DNA of 64,000 nt from Gemmatimonadales bacterium (GTDB taxonomy: Bacteria; Gemmatimonadota; Gemmatimonadetes; Gemmatimonadales; GWC2-71-9). The stretch lies in assembly GCA_049680185.1 (NCBI GenBank), contig JBAUHI010000086.1, forward strand, positions 13,231-77,230, given 5' to 3'. Each line of letters opens with the position of its first letter. The first letter of the stretch is position 1. Shown one piece after another: positions 56,983-64,000 of the stretch. The position numbers and the translations under genes are program-made. Under the pieces are notes generated by a model. That model had not been told where the DNA came from, searched no databases, and saw nothing but the letters and a program-made list of their open reading frames with translations.

Positions 56983-57052
56983 GGCTGGAGGCTGAGGGCT
57001 AGAGGCTCGCTGGTAGCTGGTAGCTGGTAGCTGGTAGCCAACCACCAACTCT
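56983..57052. repeat. tandem heptamer array (GGCTNNN x4, TGGTAGC x4, CAAC-type x2)
   Basis: GGCTGGA GGCTGAG GGCTAGA GGCTCGC TGGTAGC TGGTAGC TGGTAGC TGGTAGC CAACCAC CAACTCT. It lies between the predicted cop promoter and the copZ RBS. Confidence 0.85.
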
Positions 57053-57076
57053 ACATAGGGTAGGGGGGTATGTCAA
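57048..57076 (-). promoter_or_regulatory. candidate sigma70-type promoter of the cop operon with C-tract spacer
   Basis: The minus strand reads TTGACA (57076-57071), the 17-nt spacer TACCCCCCTACCCTATG, then TAGAGT (57053-57048). The spacer resembles half of the GC-rich CsoR operator type. Confidence 0.45.
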
Positions 57077-57114
57077 GCATATATGTATGTTGCCTTGTTA
57101 CAACGACTTACGGT

Positions 57115-58719
57115 TTAGTCACCGGCCCGCACCGGTCGGTCGACGTCGACAGCAACGGGTTGGCGGAAGGGACCGTCAGAAGGCAGGATGAACCAGAACG
57201 TACTCCCGAAATTGATCATCGACTCGGCACCGATCTGGCCGCCGTGCAGTTCCACGAAGCGCTTGCAGAGCGCCAAACCCAACCCCGAGCCCTGGACCCG
57301 CCGACTGGGAGAGCTGTCGACCTGGCTGAACTCCACGAAGAGCTTCGACATGTCCTCGGCCTTGATGCCGATCCCGTTGTCACTCACCGCCACCCACACC
57401 GCAGGTCGGGTCATGCGCTTGACCTCATCGCCGGCCCGGTCGGAGGGGACTGGCAACGGCGCCTCGGTGGCCAGGGCGCGGAGGACGATCTCGCCGCCTT
57501 CAGGGGTGAACTTGGACGCGTTGGCCAGCAGGTTGAAGAGGATCTGCTGGACCCGCACGGCATCGGCGAGCGCAATGAGCGGCGTCTCCGGCAGTTCGAA
57601 GCGGTGCACCTGCTTGCGGCCGACACGGAGCCCCTCGGTGTCGGCCACGGCAGCGCGAATGGCATCGCGCAGATCGGTGCGGGTCAGCTCGAGCGCCATT
57701 CGACCCGCATCCATCCGCGACATATCAAGGACGGCGTTGATCAACCGGAGCAGGTGCCGTCCGTTGCGATTGATCGACCCCACGAACTCCTGATGCCCGG
57801 GCGCGACCGCGCCGACATCGCCGGTGAGGAGAAGGTCGGAGAAGCCGATGATGGCGTTGAGCGGGGTCCGCAATTCGTGCGACACGTTGGCGAGGAACTC
57901 ATCCTTCAGCTGGGTGGCGTGCCGCAGCTCCCGGTTCTTCTCCGCCAACTCAACGGCATTGCGCTGACTCTCTTCGAAGACATTGGCACGATCGAGACCC
58001 AAGGCGGCCTGATCGGCAAGCGCCTGCATCAGGTAGAGATCGTCCTCCCGGAACGATTGCCCCGCTCGCCGGTTCATGACCCACACGGCGCCGATCACGA
58101 GGCCACCGGATCGAAGCGGCGTCATCACAGCGGACGTGAGCGCGTCGGGGGTATCGGGAAATTCGAAGTTGCGCGGATCCAGTCGCATGTCGTTGGTGAT
58201 GAGCGGCTGGTCATGGCTCACGACCCATCCGGCGAGCGACCCGTCCACCGGGATCAGCCGGTCGACGGCGTGCGCCATCAGCCCGGTCCCGGCCAGGACG
58301 CGCAGGAAACGCCCCTCCTCCGCCACCAAGCCTATGCCGGAGGCCTCCGCATCGAGCAATTCAGCCGCGAGCCGCGCGATCTCGTGAAAGAGCTCCGCCA
58401 GGGGACGGCCAGAGAGGAGCACCTGGGAGAGGTGCCGGAAGGATTCGAGCTCGCGGTTTCGGGCGGCGGCAGCGTCAAGCTCGCGGGCAAAGCCGTGGAG
58501 CGACGCGTTGACGGTCTCCAGCGCTCGACGCCTGGCATAGAGCGCCAACACGCTGGCCAGTATCATCCCACCGGCGCCGACCAGGACGTCCCCGTCGTAG
58601 ACGAGCAGCCACCCGATCCAGCCGGAAACGACCGCCGCCACAAGGATGATCGGCGTCCAGCCGACCCGTGCGGCCACGGTGCGCCGCATTGCGTCCACAT
58701 CCCGGGGAGATTCTGACAT
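57115..58719 (-). CDS. sensor histidine kinase with TM and GAF domains (no adjacent response regulator)
   Basis: H-box SHELRTPLNAIIGFSDLL, and N/G boxes LANASKFT and DNGIGI...GSGLGLALC. A GAF-like region lies between the TM helices and HisKA. Confidence 0.9.
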   Translation of the reverse strand: MSESPRDVDAMRRTVAARVGWTPIILVAAVVSGWIGWLLVYDGDVLVGAGGMILASVLALYARRRALETVNASLHGFARELDAAAARNRELESFRHLSQVLLSGRPLAELFHEIARLAAELLDAEASGIGLVAEEGRFLRVLAGTGLMAHAVDRLIPVDGSLAGWVVSHDQPLITNDMRLDPRNFEFPDTPDALTSAVMTPLRSGGLVIGAVWVMNRRAGQSFREDDLYLMQALADQAALGLDRANVFEESQRNAVELAEKNRELRHATQLKDEFLANVSHELRTPLNAIIGFSDLLLTGDVGAVAPGHQEFVGSINRNGRHLLRLINAVLDMSRMDAGRMALELTRTDLRDAIRAAVADTEGLRVGRKQVHRFELPETPLIALADAVRVQQILFNLLANASKFTPEGGEIVLRALATEAPLPVPSDRAGDEVKRMTRPAVWVAVSDNGIGIKAEDMSKLFVEFSQVDSSPSRRVQGSGLGLALCKRFVELHGGQIGAESMINFGSTFWFILPSDGPFRQPVAVDVDRPVRAGD

Positions 58720-58803
58720 TAGAGGGAATGTGGCATCAAAATCGAAGACCGTCAGGGGGAGCCGATCGCCCGTCCTCCGCCTCGCCTCGTGTTCTCTGCG
58801 GTC

Positions 58804-59001
58804 TCACTCGACGATCACCTCGGAGAAGACCGTCTCGCCGGTCACGAGCATCCGCCGCAGATAGGGCCGACAGAGCCCGCAGCGCGCCCCACAGCTGGTG
58901 TCCTCGACCAGTTTCTGGAGGTCCCACCCCGCCTCTCGGGCACGCGGGAGCAGCTCCGCGAACCGGACGTTCTGGCAGACACAGCGATCGATGGTGGGCA
59001 T
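58804..59001 (-). CDS. BFD-like (2Fe-2S)-binding domain protein
   Basis: Cys pattern C-x-C ... CGARCGLC (MPTIDRCVCQNV...SCGARCGLCRPYL) is typical of Bfd-like [2Fe-2S] domains. Confidence 0.7.
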   Translation of the reverse strand: MPTIDRCVCQNVRFAELLPRAREAGWDLQKLVEDTSCGARCGLCRPYLRRMLVTGETVFSEVIVE

Positions 59002-59021
59002 GCAGCAATGCTAAGCGGAAA

Positions 59022-59297
59022 TCGAGACACGAGGAAGGAGACAAGAGACAACGCAGATCGGTGCGGCGAGAAGAAGAGGGGAGGAGGCGAACGAGGCGAC
59101 ACGAGAAAGGAGACAACGCAGGTGGGGGCAGGGAGCGGAAGAGGTAGAGGAGGGGAACGGGAGAGCGGCATGAATTCTGATTTGCGTTCGCCTTTTCCCG
59201 TCTTCCCCCTCCTCCACCTCTGTCGGCCCTGTCCCGTCGTCCTCTCCCTCCCCTCTCGTACTGCGTTGTCTCGTTTCTCCTGTCTCTGCATTCTCAC
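59022..59297. repeat. about 275-bp strand-asymmetric inverted repeat built from the GAGACAACGCAG element
   Basis: The left half is purine-rich (GAGACAACGCAG at 59045 and 59110; GAGGGGAGGAGGCGAA at 59076-59091). The right half is pyrimidine-rich, with CTCTCGTACTGCGTTGTCTC at 59253-59272. The arms are imperfectly complementary around the centre near 59170-59190. Confidence 0.8.
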
Positions 59298-59298
59298 C

Positions 59299-59535
59299 TC
59301 ACTCCTCTCGCCTCCCCTCGTAGAACCTCACCTTCTCTGCCAGGCGCCTGATCCGGATGGCATCGGCCGGCTTGAGCCAGCCGGCTTCCTCACCGGTCCG
59401 CGCCCACTGCTCCGGCGGCGTACCTCGAAGCGCCGGGCACCCGCGGTGCGCGTAGCGGGCCAGCGCCTCGGCGAGTGCCTGGCGATAGTGGGGGAGCAGG
59501 AGTGCAGGGGTCGAGTCCACGGCGCAGTATGGCAT
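59299..59535 (-). CDS. hypothetical protein (78 aa)
   Basis: GC3-rich ORF MPYCAVDSTPALLLPHYRQALAEALARYAHRGCPAL... No recognisable motif and no clear RBS. Confidence 0.4.
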   Translation of the reverse strand: MPYCAVDSTPALLLPHYRQALAEALARYAHRGCPALRGTPPEQWARTGEEAGWLKPADAIRIRRLAEKVRFYEGRREE

Positions 59536-59591
59536 TTGCCAACTGATCCGCGGTAACCGGAACTACGCAGGATGGTGCAGGACCGCGCAGG

Positions 59592-61046
59592 TCAGTCGGG
59601 GGCGCCGAGCGACTTGAAGAGCTGGTCGAGTTGGGCGCGGCGGGGGCTTCCGGCGGGGGGGAGGCGCCGGCTGGGCGGGTCGGTGGCCTTTTCAACGGTG
59701 AGCAGCGCACCGGTCGAGTCGATCAGGATCGCTACACGGGTGTCAGGGGTGCCGTTCGAGAGCACGAAGAGCCGAGCACCACCGGGGATGTACCGGGCCG
59801 ATGCATTCAGGGTGTCCCAGGTGGCAGTGCGCGGCCGGAAGACCGGAAGGGTCACCGACTGGGAATCGGCCAGAGTGCGCAGGACGGGAACGAGCTGCTC
59901 TTCCATGCCTTCATCGGCAATGGCCCAGAGCTTCTTCGGAACGTGCCAGCTGTGCGTTTGGGTGCCGGTGATATAGAGACTGTCGCCGTGGACTGCCGCG
60001 AGTGCGCTGGTATCTGTGGCACCGGGCGCGGTCCAGAGCGCCTGATACTGGACTGGAGTGGCGCCCGCGGTCACGGCGAGTGCGGTGCCCACCGCGCCGT
60101 CGTTGGTGGCGAGCCCTGATTCGATGGCCTGACCCACGGCGTTGACGGTGTGGAGCAGTACCGGCCCGGTCGTTACGGTCCACGAGGTGTCCCGCCCGGG
60201 GAGCGGCCTGGAAAGCACCTGGGCCCGCTCCGGTGCAATACGACCCCACGCGTCATCGGCGATCACACCCACGGGAATGGTATCGACCACTTTTTCCGCG
60301 GGCATCACACCCACGCCAGCGAGCTCGAGCTCTCGTCGGCGGGCCAGGAGTTCGCCGCGCTTGGGGTCGAGCCACCAGGTCTCGTGCATCGGGCCGGTGG
60401 CATCCACCTGATAGGTGGTCCCCGCGCTGGCGTCGACCCAATCCGACTGCCGATATCGCGCCACACCATCCACCTGCACGACCGTGGCGCTGGTGCCGAG
60501 CGTATCGGTGGCGCCCACAATGCGGTAGCCGGTGATGTGGGCGGAGAGGGATCGGGTGCCGGGGGCGGGCCAGCCGGGGGCCAGCGTGTCGCCCCAGGTT
60601 GCGCCGGAATCGAGCGCACCGGGAGGCACCGGCAGGCGGAGGAAGAGGGCGTAGCGATCGCGGGCCGAAGCGCTGTCAGGGGCGACCGCCACCACGTTGC
60701 CATGCTGATCGAGGCGCAGGGTGTCGGTGGTGACCGCGCGGTGGACGTCGAGTGCGGTAGTCCTGACGACAAGTGCATCGCCGTGGGGGGAGGGGACCCA
60801 GACAAGACGCGCGATCCGTGGCGCCGTGCCGGTCATTCGGGTGGTATCGGCACCGCGAACGAAATAGAGGGTCTGTGATTCGATGCCCTGGTACCAGGCG
60901 GGTTCCCTGGGCGGGTGGAGTTCGGGGGCCTGGGCGGACAGGGCGGGTGGAGCGAGTAAGACGGGTAGAACGGGTAAAACGGGTAGCGCGGGTGTCGCCG
61001 CGAATAGGAGCGCGCGGACGAAGAGTGAGGGCCGCGATCGCGACAT
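59592..61046 (-). CDS. hypothetical secreted protein (484 aa)
   Basis: I trimmed the start to ATG 61046 (MSRSRPSLFVRALLFAATPALPVLPVLPVLLAPPALSAQA, a signal peptide). The upstream extension would overlap the GNAT gene. No family recognised. Confidence 0.6.
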   Translation of the reverse strand: MSRSRPSLFVRALLFAATPALPVLPVLPVLLAPPALSAQAPELHPPREPAWYQGIESQTLYFVRGADTTRMTGTAPRIARLVWVPSPHGDALVVRTTALDVHRAVTTDTLRLDQHGNVVAVAPDSASARDRYALFLRLPVPPGALDSGATWGDTLAPGWPAPGTRSLSAHITGYRIVGATDTLGTSATVVQVDGVARYRQSDWVDASAGTTYQVDATGPMHETWWLDPKRGELLARRRELELAGVGVMPAEKVVDTIPVGVIADDAWGRIAPERAQVLSRPLPGRDTSWTVTTGPVLLHTVNAVGQAIESGLATNDGAVGTALAVTAGATPVQYQALWTAPGATDTSALAAVHGDSLYITGTQTHSWHVPKKLWAIADEGMEEQLVPVLRTLADSQSVTLPVFRPRTATWDTLNASARYIPGGARLFVLSNGTPDTRVAILIDSTGALLTVEKATDPPSRRLPPAGSPRRAQLDQLFKSLGAPD

Positions 61047-61054
61047 CAGCACGT

Positions 61055-61606
61055 TCAGCGAGCTCCGGGCCAGGGACCCGGCGGCGTCTCGGGCACCACT
61101 TTCACCGATTCGGCGGTACGGGTCACTTCGAAGCCCCGGGCCTTGTAATTGTCGAGCGCGTGGGGATGATCGAGCGAGCAGGTGTTGAGCACGATGCGAG
61201 TGGCCCCCATTTCCCAGGCCTGTCCCACCACCAGTGCGAGCGAAGGGCCGCCGAGCCCACGTCCGGTCCACTGCGGGAGAAGCCCGAAGAGGGCGATATC
61301 GACGGTCTCGTCGGCGGATTGGACCAATTCGGCGTAGCCCACCGGGACCCCTTCAATAGAAAGCACCACGGTGCGGTGCCCCGGGCGCGAAAGCCATTCC
61401 GCCCACTGGTCGTACGTCCACTCCAGCCGGTCGGTCCAGCACCAGTCGCCACCGATGGCGGTATAGAAGAAACGATTGAGCTCGGGTGACTCGGGCGCCG
61501 GCCCGGACAGGGTCAGCCCCGGGGGGATGACGGCAGGGGGGCGGAAGTCCGCAGGCGAGTTGAGTGCCATCCAGGTGGTGACGACCGTGCGGGGTGGCAT
61601 GGGCAC
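61055..61606 (-). CDS. GNAT-family N-acetyltransferase
   Basis: The acetyl-CoA binding segment WTGRGLGGPSLALVV fits R/Q-x-x-G-x-G/A. The C-terminal NTCSLDHPHALDNYKARGF is typical of GNAT. Confidence 0.78.
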   Translation of the reverse strand: MPMPPRTVVTTWMALNSPADFRPPAVIPPGLTLSGPAPESPELNRFFYTAIGGDWCWTDRLEWTYDQWAEWLSRPGHRTVVLSIEGVPVGYAELVQSADETVDIALFGLLPQWTGRGLGGPSLALVVGQAWEMGATRIVLNTCSLDHPHALDNYKARGFEVTRTAESVKVVPETPPGPWPGAR

Positions 61607-61730
61607 TCGGGTGTGAAGTATCGGGCCGGTGGAGCGCGTGGCTCGCGCGACGGCCCGGCAAGGTACATACTATAGCACGGCACGCCGCCACGTGCGCCTG
61701 TCTTACCCATTCCCTTCCGACCGGCCGAGC

Positions 61731-63463
<1,733 letters not shown>

Positions 63464-63464
<1 letters not shown>

Positions 63465-63670
63465 TGGCGATGCTCGACCTGCGCGTCCCCATCGGCTCCC
63501 TCCTGGCACTCATCGGCGTGCTCGTCGGCACCTACGGGCTGGCGCACGGCGCCGATCCGGCGATGCACCCGACGGGGATCCCGATCGTGTCCATCTGGGG
63601 AGCGGTGCTCTTCGTGGCGGGGTCGGCGTTCCTGGCGGGTGCCAAGTACCGGCCGTGGGGGCGGCGATGA
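63464..63670 (+). CDS. small two-TM membrane protein following the symporter
   Basis: MAMLDLRVPIGSLLALIGVLVGTYGLA...VSIWGAVLFVAGSAFLAGA. The ATG overlaps the symporter stop by 1 nt. Confidence 0.5.
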
Positions 63671-64000
63671 AGGCTGTGTTGGTAGCGGGGCTGCTGGTAG
63701 GCTATCAGCTATCAGCTATCGGCTATCAAGGGACTGCGAGCTATCGGCTATCGGCTATCAGCTACCTGCCGGGCAATGAGATCACGATCGGCGGCCCGCG
63801 CCACTCGCCACTCGCCACCGGGCGTGCCAAGGCACGCCCCGGCAGCCACACCTTCGCGATTGCCAAGGGGCATTTTCTCCTCGACAAGAAGCCGATCCAG
63901 CTCCTCTCCGGTGAGCTGCACTACACCCGGATCCCGCGAGAGTACTGGGCCAATCGGCTGGCGATGGCGAAGGCGATGGGACTGAACACCATCTCCACCT
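63667..64000 (+). CDS. glycoside hydrolase family 35 beta-galactosidase, N-terminal fragment (runs off window end)
   Basis: HFLLDKKPIQLLSGELHYTRIPREYWANRLAMAKAMGLNTIST matches the GH35 N-terminal core. The only in-frame canonical starts are ATG 63667, GTG 63676 and TTG 63679. It is not in the ORF track because there is no stop in the window. Confidence 0.8.
   Translation, partial: MKAVLVAGLLVGYQLSAIGYQGTASYRLSAISYLPGNEITIGGPRHSPLATGRAKARPGSHTFAIAKGHFLLDKKPIQLLSGELHYTRIPREYWANRLAMAKAMGLNTIST
63680..63821. repeat. heptamer arrays (TGGTAGC, CTATCAG/CTATCGG, CCACTCG) inside the GH35 5' region
   Basis: TGGTAGC (63680), TGGTAGG (63695), CTATCAG CTATCAG CTATCGG CTATCAA (63702-63729), CTATCGG CTATCGG CTATCAG CTACCTG (63741-63768), CCACTCG CCACTCG CCACCGG (63801-63821). 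Confidence 0.85.

Noticed and set aside
60955-60995. 9-nt tandem repeat ACGGGTAGA ACGGGTAAA ACGGGTAGC
   Set aside because: It lies in the signal-peptide coding part of the 59592-61046 gene and encodes PVLPVLPVL in frame. It is an ordinary in-frame codon repeat, not part of the period-7 families.

Overview
GC-rich bacterial chromosomal segment, very densely coding, with about 60 protein genes and one RNA gene (RNase P RNA). I saw no rRNA, tRNA, CRISPR array, transposase, integrase or phage genes. The gene content suggests a Gemmatimonadota/Acidobacteriota-like soil bacterium: GWxTD protein, TPR-linked Ser/Thr kinase, ECF sigma with DUF4097 partners, patatin-Omp85 fusion, bacilliredoxin. That taxonomic call is inference only. 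Recognisable blocks, in order: Ser/Thr kinase, AraC-type regulator, MCP, pyrE and a second kinase. GWxTD lipoprotein and polA. Outer-membrane barrel, MMPL transporter, matrixin and serine hydrolase. RNase D. Thioesterase/hydrolase fusion. Ferredoxin. Patatin-Omp85. def. An extended suf operon (sufBCDSU, bacilliredoxin, small His-rich ORF). ABC-2 exporter. A perfect parS followed by parA, parB, M23 peptidase and bactofilin. A BMP-type ABC importer with an embedded Nif3 gene. ECF sigma, anti-sigma and two DUF4097 genes. ndh, queG and a low-GC islet. LOG, deoxyhypusine-synthase-like and MFS genes. A copper operon (copZ, cupredoxin, copA, csoR). An orphan GAF histidine kinase. A sodium:solute symporter and a GH35 beta-galactosidase. 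I found no obvious new multi-gene system such as a defence or secretion system. The strongest candidate for undescribed biology is non-coding. Almost every sizeable intergenic spacer is filled with modular repeats of three kinds: (1) period-7 tandem arrays (units GGCTNGA, AGCTGAT, TGGTAGC, GTGAACG, GACCCAC), often starting at stop codons or arranged as inverted blocks; (2) a purine-rich element with a conserved 20-mer, GAGACAACGCAGTACGAGAG; (3) GTCATCC(C/T)GAG-type long hairpins. One heptamer array lies inside the only possible 5' coding extension of the GH35 gene. A duplicated queG 3' end brackets a low-GC single-gene insertion. Gene starts are often ambiguous because the ORF track extends to the most upstream ATG/GTG/TTG. 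Where I trimmed a start I say why.
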